Source: Chitinophagaceae bacterium (GTDB taxonomy: Bacteria > Bacteroidota > Bacteroidia > Chitinophagales > Chitinophagaceae). From it: 24,285 nucleotides of DNA. Both the position numbers and the translations under genes were made by a program. Position 1 is the stretch's first letter; every line of letters begins with the position of its first letter. The stretch is taken from NCBI GenBank assembly GCA_030151745.1, contig JASLDA010000305.1, positions 1 to 24,285 on the forward strand. Direction: 5' to 3'. This document shows, piece after piece, positions 1 through 8,652 of this stretch. The notes beneath the pieces were generated by a model that saw nothing but the letters and a program-made list of their open reading frames with translations, was not told the DNA's origin and ran no database searches.

Positions 1-1437
1 GTTGTCCTCGAACCGGCGATGCACGAAGGCGAAGTCGATGAAGGTATTTTCGAAGCGGACGCCGACGCCGGCGGAGAAATCGAGCCGGTAGGCGTTCGGG
101 AGCACGCGGTTGTTGTAGGTGCCGCTCTGGTAGGGATTGCCGTAGTAGCCGAAGCCGCCGCGCAGGAAGAAATTATCCAGCCGGAATTCCACACCGGTGC
201 GGATATTGGACGCAGACCCGTAATAGGTCTTGATCACGTCGTTGATCGCGCGCTCGTAGCGCTGCTCCGCGGCGGAGGCCCCGAATCCGAAATGTGCCGA
301 AGAGTAGTCTACGTACTCGTAGTCTACCGACCAGAAGCCCAGCGAGCCGAACATGACGGTAGCGGATGCGACCGCCCGCCAGGGAGTGGTCAGGGTGTAA
401 TCGTAGCGGTTCTCGGCCGCGGTGGCGCTGTTGACGGCACTGCCGGCATAGGCCAGCCCGTAGTTCTCCGTATTCGCGGTCAGGGACATATTGTAAACAT
501 CCGTCAGGCTGAACCAGGTCGGGGTGTGAATCGCGAGCCCGAAGCGGAAAGCGTCCGTCGGCTTGAATATCGCGCCGATCTTAAGGTTTAGGCCGGCGCC
601 GCTGGTGCGGAGCTCGTCGCTGAACTGGAAATTATCGAACCGGTTGTTTGTATTGCCGCTGAGATCGTATTCGCTGATCGTCCTGTTGCGGCTGTAGCGC
701 AGGAAGGGAATGCCGAGCGTGCCGCCCAGCATCAGCTTGTCCCGATAGCTGCCGCCGAAGGTCAGCCCGAGCTCCGAGATGCCGCCCCGCTCTTTTACGG
801 CTACGGCCTGGCTGATCGGCTGGTCGGGGGTAGGGTATACGTTGGAGATATAGCCGTTGCCGAAGGTGTCCAGCAGGTAGGATTTATAGCCCAGGTCGCC
901 GACCGAATATACCTGACCGGGGGGCGAGATGCCATTCTGGTTGGCGTCGTTCTCATAGACATACGATGCGGAGGAGCTCGTATTCCGTCCTTCGTAGTAA
1001 TAATTCCGGGTAAAGTCCGCAAGGCGGGAAATGCCGATACCGAACGCGGAGGTGGTCCAGCCGCTGCGTTGCGCCCGGCGGCCGTTATAGCTTTTGGCAG
1101 TGACAAGCCCGAGGTTGCTGAACGAGAAGTGCGCGCCGTTGTCCTTGCCGCCGCCGTCCGTATAGGTGCTGGTCGAGCTGCCGAACATCAGCGAGGGCGA
1201 GACGGTTATTTCCCCCCGCCGGTAGATGCCGATGCCTGCGGGGTTCACGGCCAGGGAGCTGTAGTCTCCGCCCACCGAGCCCAGGGCGTTCCCGAAACCG
1301 ATGGATCTGGCGGTGCCCTGAGGTTGAAGCAAGCTGAAGCGCAGGGCATCGGTTTCATCCTGCGCAGCCGCCCGTTCCACACCGGCCAGGGCCAGCGAGA
1401 GCGCTAGGGCAGTTCCATAGCGAAATGGCTTTTTCAT
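1..1437 (-). CDS. Outer-membrane beta-barrel, FadL/OmpP1 (long-chain fatty acid transport / 'hemin receptor') family; 3' end runs off the window
   Basis: Absent from the ORF track because it has no stop in the window. Hand translation from ATG 1437: MKKPFRYGTALALSLALAGVERAAAQ (signal peptide), then DALRFS..QGTARSIGFGNALGSVGGDYSSLAVNPAGIG (FadL-type hatch motif), then alternating amphipathic beta-strands. Frame stays open to base 1. Confidence 0.85.
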   Translation of the reverse strand, partial: MKKPFRYGTALALSLALAGVERAAAQDETDALRFSLLQPQGTARSIGFGNALGSVGGDYSSLAVNPAGIGIYRRGEITVSPSLMFGSSTSTYTDGGGKDNGAHFSFSNLGLVTAKSYNGRRAQRSGWTTSAFGIGISRLADFTRNYYYEGRNTSSSASYVYENDANQNGISPPGQVYSVGDLGYKSYLLDTFGNGYISNVYPTPDQPISQAVAVKERGGISELGLTFGGSYRDKLMLGGTLGIPFLRYSRNRTISEYDLSGNTNNRFDNFQFSDELRTSGAGLNLKIGAIFKPTDAFRFGLAIHTPTWFSLTDVYNMSLTANTENYGLAYAGSAVNSATAAENRYDYTLTTPWRAVASATVMFGSLGFWSVDYEYVDYSSAHFGFGASAAEQRYERAINDVIKTYYGSASNIRTGVEFRLDNFFLRGGFGYYGNPYQSGTYNNRVLPNAYRLDFSAGVGVRFENTFIDFAFVHRRFEDN

Positions 1438-1628
1438 AAGGTCAAAATTCAGTCTGCAAATTGATATTATACCCGATAGTCTGCCGGATTTTTTGTCCTG
1501 CGTTTCATGCGTGGACGTCGGCGCCCCGGGCCCGATCGAAGTTCCGGCTTCTATAATTATAGGTACCGGGATCGGGTTGAAGTTTAATGCCGGGGCTGTT
1601 AGTTTTTGAAAATATTCCTGCCAGCGAC

Positions 1629-1665
1629 AAAAAAAGACCATCACAGTCGTGTCGTGATGGTCTTT
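1629..1665 (-). terminator. Intrinsic terminator of the 1683..2918 gene
   Basis: Stem AAAGACCATCAC (1633-1644) / GTGATGGTCTTT (1654-1665). The A-run at 1629-1635 gives a U-tract on the minus strand, about 20 nt past the stop codon. Confidence 0.8.
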
Positions 1666-1682
1666 GTTATTCTTTTTATTGC

Positions 1683-2918
1683 TTAGCGCCGGCCGCCACC
1701 AAAGCTTCCTCCGCCGCCACCGCCGCGGAATCCGCCACCTCCGCCGCCGCCGAATCCGCCACCGCGGCTTCCACCGAACCCGCCGCCTTCGAAGCTGCGG
1801 CCTGCGGGCTCTGCACGCTGGGGTGCGGAGAACGAGCGCGGTGTCTCAAAGCTGCGCGGCTGTACGGCCTGGTTAGGGCTGGCTTGGAAATTGCCGCGGT
1901 TGGGCTGGGCTTGCTGGAAGCCGCCGCGGTCGGGCTGTGCCGACTGGAAGACTCCCCGTTGCGGCTGCGATTGCTGGGCCGAGCCGTTCTCCGAAACCGG
2001 GCCGCCGTTGAACTGAGCGCGAGTAGGGGCCTCGGCCGGGGTCGCAGTCCCGAAATTCCGGTTCCCGCGGTCGAACGTGGCCTGCTGCTGCATATTGACG
2101 ACTCCGTTGCGCTCAGTGCCGATATCGCCGCGGGAGATGGCCCGGTCCGGAGCATTCAGGCCCTGGCCGCCCCCGGAATTCGGCGTGCGCAGTCCGTCGA
2201 TCAGCGGGTTGCGGCCGCGGTTGATCGGGCTGAGCGTATTGCCGCGCATCAGGTTGTTGCGGTTGGCGTTCATGCTGTAGCGGGGGCCGTAGGAAATATT
2301 GCGATAGCCGTAATTGTTGTACAGCCCTGCGTAATAGCTGTTCCAGTAGCCTCCGTAGTAGCCGCCGTAAAAACCGCCCCAGCCGCCGCCCCAGGCATAG
2401 CCGGGGTAGAAGTAGCTGTTGAAGCCGCCGTAGCCGTACCAGGTATTCCAGCCCCAGTACGAGGACCAGTACGGCCCTGCGCCGAAGGAAATTCCGATGC
2501 CGGGAGACATCCAGGGACACCAGCCCCAGTAAGGATCTACCCAATACGGGTTGTACCAGTACGGATTGTAGAAGCTGCTCCAGTAAGGCCGGTTATAGAA
2601 CGGCGTATTGAAGCGGCTGAACTGCGTCGCGTAGGAGAAATCGTCGTCGTAGTCGATATAGTCCGGGTCGTAATTGCCGGACGCGGCGCTGTTATCCGAA
2701 GTGTAGCTGGGCGCCTGGTTCTGCTGCGGAGTATAGCTCGCCTGGGTCTGCTGATCCTGGGCTTTGCGGCGCTCCCGGGCTGCAGCCGCTTGCTCCTCCG
2801 CCGCCTGCTTGCTGTTGTAGTAAATATCGTCGTCGTAAACGCGTTTGCTCTGGGCCGATGCCACGTCAGCCCCGGCTGTAGCAAGCGCGATCAGACCTAT
2901 GGTGAGAAGGCGTTTCAT
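1683..2918 (-). CDS. Exported low-complexity hypothetical protein (Tyr/Trp/Gly-rich core, Gln/Arg repeats, RGG/Gly tail), 411 aa
   Basis: Start moved to ATG 2918 (MKRLLTIGLIALATAGADVASAQ, Sec signal ending in A-S-A|Q). Contains YDDDIYY, a PYWxxxYxxYW-rich segment and a C-terminal GGGFGGSRGGG...GGGRR. Confidence 0.8.
   Translation of the reverse strand: MKRLLTIGLIALATAGADVASAQSKRVYDDDIYYNSKQAAEEQAAAARERRKAQDQQTQASYTPQQNQAPSYTSDNSAASGNYDPDYIDYDDDFSYATQFSRFNTPFYNRPYWSSFYNPYWYNPYWVDPYWGWCPWMSPGIGISFGAGPYWSSYWGWNTWYGYGGFNSYFYPGYAWGGGWGGFYGGYYGGYWNSYYAGLYNNYGYRNISYGPRYSMNANRNNLMRGNTLSPINRGRNPLIDGLRTPNSGGGQGLNAPDRAISRGDIGTERNGVVNMQQQATFDRGNRNFGTATPAEAPTRAQFNGGPVSENGSAQQSQPQRGVFQSAQPDRGGFQQAQPNRGNFQASPNQAVQPRSFETPRSFSAPQRAEPAGRSFEGGGFGGSRGGGFGGGGGGGFRGGGGGGSFGGGRR
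1881..1970 (-). repeat. Three imperfect 30-bp in-frame tandem repeats (peptide [A/S]QPxRGxFQx)
   Basis: Units 1881-1910, 1911-1940 and 1941-1970 share TGGAA..CC.CG.T...GCTG; translation SQPQRGVFQS AQPDRGGFQQ AQPNRGNFQA. Confidence 0.8.
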
Positions 2919-2956
2919 CTTGATTGATTTAGCTGCGGTTTGCCCTGTGAAATTAA

Positions 2957-2964
2957 TACTTTTG
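2957..2964 (+). promoter_or_regulatory. Bacteroidota -7 promoter element for proS
   Basis: TACTTTTG is an exact TAnnTTTG match about 50 nt upstream of the proS ATG. Confidence 0.55.
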
Positions 2965-3013
2965 CGCGCCTCGCGCCTTATCATCTTACTACAAAAATCG
3001 GGCAGGGAAAATT

Positions 3014-4492
3014 ATGAGCAATGTTTTAACATCCCGTTCTGAAAACTATTCCGAATGGTATAACGATCTCATCCTCAAAGGCGGGCTAGCCGACTATTCG
3101 GCCGTTCGCGGATGCATGGTCATCAAGCCGTATGGCTTCGGGCTCTGGGAGAACATGCGCGATGTCCTGGACCGGATGTTCAAGGAGACGGGTCATCAGA
3201 ATGCCTATTTTCCCCTGTTCGTGCCCAAAAGCCTGTTCGAAGCGGAGGAAAAAAATGCCGAAGGCTTCGCCAAGGAGTGCGCCGTCGTGACGCATTACCG
3301 TCTCAAAGGGGATCCGGAGGCCAAGGGCAAGCTGATCGTCGACCCCGAAGCCCGGCTGGAAGAGGAGCTGGTCGTCCGCCCGACCTCGGAGGCGATTATC
3401 TGGAATACGTATAAGAACTGGATCCAGAGCTACCGCGACCTGCCGCTGCTGATCAACCAATGGGCGAACGTGGTGCGCTGGGAAATGCGGACCCGCCTCT
3501 TCCTGCGCACCGCGGAGTTCCTGTGGCAGGAAGGCCATACCGCGCATGCCAGCGCCGAGGAAGCGATTGCCGAGACCCGCCAGATGCTGGACGTATACGC
3601 GACTTTCGCCGAGGAGTATATGGCTATGCCCGTGATCCGCGGCGTGAAGTCCGCCAACGAGCGGTTCGCCGGCGCCGACGACACCTACACCATCGAGGCC
3701 ATGATGCAGGACGGGAAGGCCCTGCAGGCAGGTACCTCGCATTTCCTCGGCCAGAATTTCGCCAAGGCCTTCGACGTGAAGTTCGCCGACCGAGACAATA
3801 AGCTCGAATACGTTTGGGCATCGTCCTGGGGCGTGAGCACCCGGCTCATCGGCGCCCTGGTGATGACGCACAGCGACGACAAGGGCCTGGTGCTGCCGCC
3901 GAAGCTGGCGCCGGTCCAGGTGGTGATCGTCCCCATCTACAAGGGGCCTGATTCCAAGACGGCTATCGACGGCCGTGTCGCGGAGATCATGAAGGAGCTG
4001 CGCGCCGCCGGCATCCGCGTCAAGTTCGATAACGACGATACCTCGCGTCCGGGCTGGAAATTTGCCGAGCACGAGCTCAAGGGCGTGCCGGTGCGCATCG
4101 CGCTCGGCGCGCGGGACCTGGAGAACGGGGTTGCCGAGATCGCCCGCCGCGACAGCGGGGAGAAGAGCTCCGTATCCCTGGAAGGCCTGGCCGCGCATGT
4201 CCAGGCGCTGCTGCAGGAGATCCACGAATCCCTGTTCAACCGCGCGCTGAAGCTGCGCGAGGAAAATACGCACAAGGTGGACACCTGGGAAGAATTCAGG
4301 GACACCATAGAGAACAGGCCCGGGTTTATCCTCGCGCATTGGGACGGCACTTCCGAGACCGAGGAGAAGATCAAGGAAGATACCAAGGCTACGATCCGCT
4401 GCATTCCCCTGGATGCTCCGGAGGAAGCCGGGGTCTGCGTGTTCAGCGGCCGGCCGAGCACGAAGCGGGTGCTGTTTGCCCGGGCGTACTGA
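3014..4492 (+). CDS. proS: Proline--tRNA ligase (archaeal/eukaryal-like type)
   Basis: Motifs [44 protein letters not shown]; anticodon domain PGWKF..HELKGVP; C-terminal TIRCIP...FARAY; no bacterial INS editing domain. Confidence 0.98.
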   Translation: MSNVLTSRSENYSEWYNDLILKGGLADYSAVRGCMVIKPYGFGLWENMRDVLDRMFKETGHQNAYFPLFVPKSLFEAEEKNAEGFAKECAVVTHYRLKGDPEAKGKLIVDPEARLEEELVVRPTSEAIIWNTYKNWIQSYRDLPLLINQWANVVRWEMRTRLFLRTAEFLWQEGHTAHASAEEAIAETRQMLDVYATFAEEYMAMPVIRGVKSANERFAGADDTYTIEAMMQDGKALQAGTSHFLGQNFAKAFDVKFADRDNKLEYVWASSWGVSTRLIGALVMTHSDDKGLVLPPKLAPVQVVIVPIYKGPDSKTAIDGRVAEIMKELRAAGIRVKFDNDDTSRPGWKFAEHELKGVPVRIALGARDLENGVAEIARRDSGEKSSVSLEGLAAHVQALLQEIHESLFNRALKLREENTHKVDTWEEFRDTIENRPGFILAHWDGTSETEEKIKEDTKATIRCIPLDAPEEAGVCVFSGRPSTKRVLFARAY

Positions 4493-4541
4493 TACTTGGT
4501 TGAATGGGATGCATAGCAGCTTAGCATAACCGGAATCGTTT

Positions 4542-4583
4542 GAAGCGCCGGCAACTCCCTAAAGTTGCCGGCGCTTCCTTTTG
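4542..4583 (+). terminator. Intrinsic terminator after proS (possibly bidirectional)
   Basis: Perfect 15-bp stem GAAGCGCCGGCAACT (4542-4556) / AGTTGCCGGCGCTTC (4563-4577) followed by CTTTTG, between convergent genes. Confidence 0.8.
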
Positions 4584-4692
4584 TCAGATCATATTAAAAC
4601 CGATCGGAAGCCGCATTGGATCCTGCCTTCCGGCATCGTTCGGCATTGGAGGAGCGGTGATCCCTGGAACAATAATGAGGCACCGTAGTTCC

Positions 4693-6477
4693 TCAGATCT
4701 GGGCCTGGTCGTACATGCTTTCGATATAGCTGCCGAATTTCTGCTCGATGACCTTGCGGCGCATGCTGAGCTTCGGTGTCAGCTCGCCGGTGTTGATCGT
4801 CCATTCGGCAGGCAGCAGCTCGAATTTCTTGATCTGCTCGTAATTGCTGAAATGCTTGTTGTATTTATCCAGCTCCGCGCGGATAAGCGAATTGAGCTCC
4901 GGCATTTTGATCAGCGCCTCGTTCGATGCGGGGGCGGTGACCTGCTGTTTGTCCAGCAGCGCCTTGCGCACATTGGCGAAGGCCGGGACGATCAGCGCGG
5001 ATACGAACTTGCGGCCGTTGCCGATAACGATGATCTGCTCGATATAGGGACTCTGGCGCATAGCGTTTTCTAGCACCTGGGGAGCCACGTATTTGCCGCC
5101 GGAGGTCTTGAACATTTCCTTCTTGCGGTCGGTGATCTTCAGGAAACGCCCCTCGACCCACTGACCGATATCCCCGGTATGGAACCAGCCGTCCTGCATC
5201 ACCTCGGCGGTCATGTCCGGGCGCTTGTAATAACCCATCATTACGTTCGGGCCCTTGGTGAGGATCTCCCCGTCTTCCGCGATCTTCACTTCCACATTCC
5301 GGATCACCGGCCCGATGGTCCCGATGCGGCGGCCTTCGCTTTCATAAAGATTCACCGAGATCACCGGCGAGGTCTCCGTAAGGCCGTAGCCTTCCATGAT
5401 GACGATGCCGGCTGCGCTGAAGATGCGGATGAGCCGTTCCTGGGCGGCTGCGGAACCGGTCACGATGGCCTTTACATTGCCGCCGAGCGCTTCCCGCCAT
5501 TTGGAGAAGACCAGCTTGTTGGCAATGGCGAGCTGGGCGCGGAACCAGAGGCTGCCCTTGTTGATGTTGTCGTAGCGCTTGCCCAGGTTCAGCGCCCAGA
5601 AGAACAGCTGCTTCTTGATACCCGTCAGCTCGGAGGCCCGGCTCAGGATACGCTCGTAGACTTTTTCCAGCAGGCGGGGCACCGTACAGAAGACCATGGG
5701 CTTTACCTCGCGGAGGTTGTCGCCGATGGTATCCATGCTTTCCGCATACCAGATGGAAAGCCCGCCGTGGATGTAGATATTGGTGACCATCCGCTCGAAA
5801 ATATGGTTGAGCGGGAGGAAGGACAGGGCGCGTTCCCCCTTCTTTGCGAAGGTGAAGGCCGGCATGCTGTCCTTGACGTTGTGAACGACATTGTCGTGGC
5901 TGAGCATGACGCCTTTCGGCGCGCCCGTGGTGCCGGAGGTATAGATGATCGTCGCGAGGGTAGCGCCCTTGATGCGGCTGACGACACTTTCATCCGGCGC
6001 GGTTTTGGCGCTCCGCAGCGTTTTCCAGCTGGTGACGCCCGGGATATCGTCGAAGGAGAAAACGGTTACCGGCCAGGGCATCTCGTCCAGCACCGGCTTA
6101 TAGCGGCTGTACAATTCCTCCGTCGCGATAAAGATCTTGCGCACGCTGGCGTCCGCAAGCACGAAGGCGAGCTCATCCGGAGCGATGGTCGGGTATATGG
6201 GCGTGAGAACGGCCCCGGTAAGCTGCACGGCGAGGTCGGTCATGATCCATTCCGGCCGGTTGGCAGAGATGATGGCGATCTTTTCCTGCGCTTCGGGCTC
6301 GAGCACGGCATTGTCGATACCGTGCTCGAGCAACGCGTTGGACATGCTGCAGGCCGTTTCCCAGACCTCGCGGACGGAATATTCCCGCCAGCTACCGGAT
6401 TCCTTGGCCGCCAGCAGGGATTGATCCGGTGCCGCGTCGTAGCGGGCTTTAACGATATCGAAAAGGCGCTCAATCAT
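4693..6477 (-). CDS. Long-chain fatty acid--CoA ligase (FadD-like AMP-dependent synthetase)
   Basis: IIYTSGTTGAPKG, LSFLPLNHIFER, EGYGLTETSP, GWFHTGDIG, DRKKEMFKTSGGKYVAP, ELTPKL. Confidence 0.93.
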   Translation of the reverse strand: MIERLFDIVKARYDAAPDQSLLAAKESGSWREYSVREVWETACSMSNALLEHGIDNAVLEPEAQEKIAIISANRPEWIMTDLAVQLTGAVLTPIYPTIAPDELAFVLADASVRKIFIATEELYSRYKPVLDEMPWPVTVFSFDDIPGVTSWKTLRSAKTAPDESVVSRIKGATLATIIYTSGTTGAPKGVMLSHDNVVHNVKDSMPAFTFAKKGERALSFLPLNHIFERMVTNIYIHGGLSIWYAESMDTIGDNLREVKPMVFCTVPRLLEKVYERILSRASELTGIKKQLFFWALNLGKRYDNINKGSLWFRAQLAIANKLVFSKWREALGGNVKAIVTGSAAAQERLIRIFSAAGIVIMEGYGLTETSPVISVNLYESEGRRIGTIGPVIRNVEVKIAEDGEILTKGPNVMMGYYKRPDMTAEVMQDGWFHTGDIGQWVEGRFLKITDRKKEMFKTSGGKYVAPQVLENAMRQSPYIEQIIVIGNGRKFVSALIVPAFANVRKALLDKQQVTAPASNEALIKMPELNSLIRAELDKYNKHFSNYEQIKKFELLPAEWTINTGELTPKLSMRRKVIEQKFGSYIESMYDQAQI

Positions 6478-6653
6478 GCTTATGCCAAACGGACGTCAAA
6501 GGGTGAATCGAGGGAGCCGCTGCGCCTCGTTGCAGTCTGCAGCACAGCGCGGAAGCCCGGCGGTTACGCGTCCATTCGGTATTAAATGTAACAAAGCTTT
6601 GCCTGAAAAAATGCAAAAATGGTTGCCCGCCGATTCCCTAATTTGCTGCGTTC

Positions 6654-7310
6654 ATGAGTCAGTCATCCGAGCTTCTGATCGCAGGCCTGATGCCCCTTCC
6701 GCTTAAAGACCGGCTGGACGCGCGGGGCTCGGATCTGTGGAGGCGCGAGCTGCGGTTCGCAGCCGGCGAGAAGATCTTCGTGCAGGCGCCTTCGGGGACA
6801 GGGAAAACGACCCTGGTCCATATCTTGTACGGATTGCGGAGCGATCACGAGGGCGAAGTGCGCTGGGAGGGGAAAACACTAGCCGCTATGGACCCGGAGG
6901 AGCTCGCAGCGCTGCGCCGGAGCCGCGTCAGCGTGATCTTTCAGGACCTGCGCCTGTTTCCCGCGCTGACGGCATGGGAAAATCTGGAGATCAAGCGGGC
7001 GCTGACCGATGCCGTGCCGCAGGAGCGGGTGCGCGAATGGATGAGCGAGCTGGGAATTGCCGATCGCGCGGAACGGCCTGCGTCGACCTTGTCCTACGGC
7101 GAGCAGCAGCGGCTTGCGATCATCCGGGCGTTGGCGCAGCCCTTCGGCTGGCTCCTGATGGATGAGCCGTTCAGCCATCTGGACGCTGCCAATACCCGCC
7201 GCGCCGCGGCGCTCATCGCCGGGGTCGTCGCGGAAAGGCAGGCGTCGTTCCTGATCGCGGACCTGGACGACAACGACTATTTCGATTACGATAAAAAAAT
7301 CCGGCTGTGA
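6654..7310 (+). CDS. ABC transporter ATP-binding protein (LolD/FtsE-like)
   Basis: Walker A APSGTGKT, Q-loop IFQD, signature LSYGEQQR, Walker B LLMDEPFSHLD; its stop overlaps the next start (TGATG). Confidence 0.9.
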   Translation: MSQSSELLIAGLMPLPLKDRLDARGSDLWRRELRFAAGEKIFVQAPSGTGKTTLVHILYGLRSDHEGEVRWEGKTLAAMDPEELAALRRSRVSVIFQDLRLFPALTAWENLEIKRALTDAVPQERVREWMSELGIADRAERPASTLSYGEQQRLAIIRALAQPFGWLLMDEPFSHLDAANTRRAAALIAGVVAERQASFLIADLDDNDYFDYDKKIRL

Positions 7311-8503
7311 TGGCGCCCGCCGCGCACCTGCTTAAGAAGCTGCTGTTCCAGGGACGCCCGGGGAAACGCATGTGGGCGGCACTGGCGGCCATCGCAACGG
7401 GCTTTGCGCTATTGCTGATCGCCGTGCTGATCTGGTGGAACTTCCGGCTGGTCCTGGCGGGCAAGGCGTCCGACGACAGCCTCGGCAGCACGTTCCTGAC
7501 CGTGAGCAAGCGCGTGACGAACGCGAACATGGGCCGGCCGGAGCTGACAGTCTTTTCCGCAGCCGAGATCGATGCGCTGCGCAAGGCGCCGGAGGTGCAG
7601 GACCTGGGTATCGTGCAGGCGGTGCGGCCGAAGGCGTTCATGAGCATCAGCATCGCGCCGGGCGCCGGCATGTCGACGATCATGGTGCTGGAATCCGTGC
7701 CGGACCGCTTCATGGATGTGAAAGCGGCCGGCGCCTGGGGCTGGAAGCCCGGCAGCCCCGATGTGCCGGTCATCTTATCGTCCTCGTTCCTGAGCCTGTA
7801 CAACTATGCATTTGCGCCAAGCCAGGGCCTGCCGCAGCTTTCCGAGGAAAGCATCCGCATGATCCCGCTCCGGCTGGAGATCGGCGGCGAAGCCAATGCC
7901 CGGAACTTCTCGGCGCATATCGTCGGGTTCTCCGACCGCATTACCTCAGTCCTGGTGCCGGAATCGTTCGTGAATGAGATGAACGCCGGTGGCGGCGAAA
8001 ATCCCGTGTCCCGCGTGATTCTGCGGGTGAAGGATCCATCCTCGCCGGAGTTCGCGTCGTTCCTGGACACCCGGGGATACGTGACGAACTCGGAGATGCT
8101 GCGCTGGAGCCGGATGCGGGCCGTCGTTCAGTCGGTTGCGCTGGTGACCGGCGTGTTTGCGGTCGTGCTGCTCGGGATCAGCCTGCTCGTGTTCGTGCTG
8201 TTCATCGAGCTGACTGTGGCGCGGGCGAAAGAGTCCGTAAGTCTTTTGCTGCAATTGGGCTACTCGCCGGATATGCTGCGGAGCTTCCTGATGAGGCGAT
8301 TTATGCCGCTGCTCGGCGGAGCGGTGTCGATTGCGATCGTAGCCGCGCTCGTGGCGCAGCTCCTTGCCCGCCTGGAAGCCGTCGGCGCCGGGCTGCACCT
8401 GCCTGCCGTGCCCGGCTGGCCGTTCTGGACCTGCGTGGGACTGGTCATGGCGTTGCTGGTATTCCAATTGAGGAAGGCCGTGAAAGGGGCTTTGGCCAGG
8501 TAA
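7310..8503 (+). CDS. ABC permease, FtsX/MacB-like topology
   Basis: One N-terminal TM helix, a ~230-aa soluble domain, three C-terminal TM helices with LLLQLGYSP motif; translationally coupled to the ATPase. Confidence 0.8.
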   Translation: MAPAAHLLKKLLFQGRPGKRMWAALAAIATGFALLLIAVLIWWNFRLVLAGKASDDSLGSTFLTVSKRVTNANMGRPELTVFSAAEIDALRKAPEVQDLGIVQAVRPKAFMSISIAPGAGMSTIMVLESVPDRFMDVKAAGAWGWKPGSPDVPVILSSSFLSLYNYAFAPSQGLPQLSEESIRMIPLRLEIGGEANARNFSAHIVGFSDRITSVLVPESFVNEMNAGGGENPVSRVILRVKDPSSPEFASFLDTRGYVTNSEMLRWSRMRAVVQSVALVTGVFAVVLLGISLLVFVLFIELTVARAKESVSLLLQLGYSPDMLRSFLMRRFMPLLGGAVSIAIVAALVAQLLARLEAVGAGLHLPAVPGWPFWTCVGLVMALLVFQLRKAVKGALAR

Positions 8504-8652
8504 GGCACTTATATCGGGCACTGTTCAGTCTTGTCCGTTTATTGATCCGGCACACGCTTCTGCGAGCGATGTGTCCCGGCAAAATCGGCGACGGCCGGTA
8601 TAGCGTTCTCTGCGTGAAAACGCTTTCCCGACATAAGCTGCGCAAAAGCATG

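Noticed and set aside
19..1407. Track ORFs 19..591, 801..1106 and 1069..1407
   Set aside because: They overlap the real minus-strand barrel gene (1..1437), which the track missed because it has no stop in the window.
1686..1790. CCG-rich simple repeat
   Set aside because: Fully explained by the poly-Gly/RGG coding tail of the minus-strand gene.
1587..2927. 446-aa plus-strand ORF and other long antisense ORFs (e.g. 3086..4339, 5179..6585, 8542..9465, 10175..11662, 15561..16598, 18421..19548, 19603..20805)
   Set aside because: Shadow ORFs opposite well-supported genes, expected at high GC3; no recognisable motifs.
8504..8652. 149-bp gap between convergent genes as a possible sRNA or terminator
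   Set aside because: No convincing stem-loop, U-tract or repeat found by eye.
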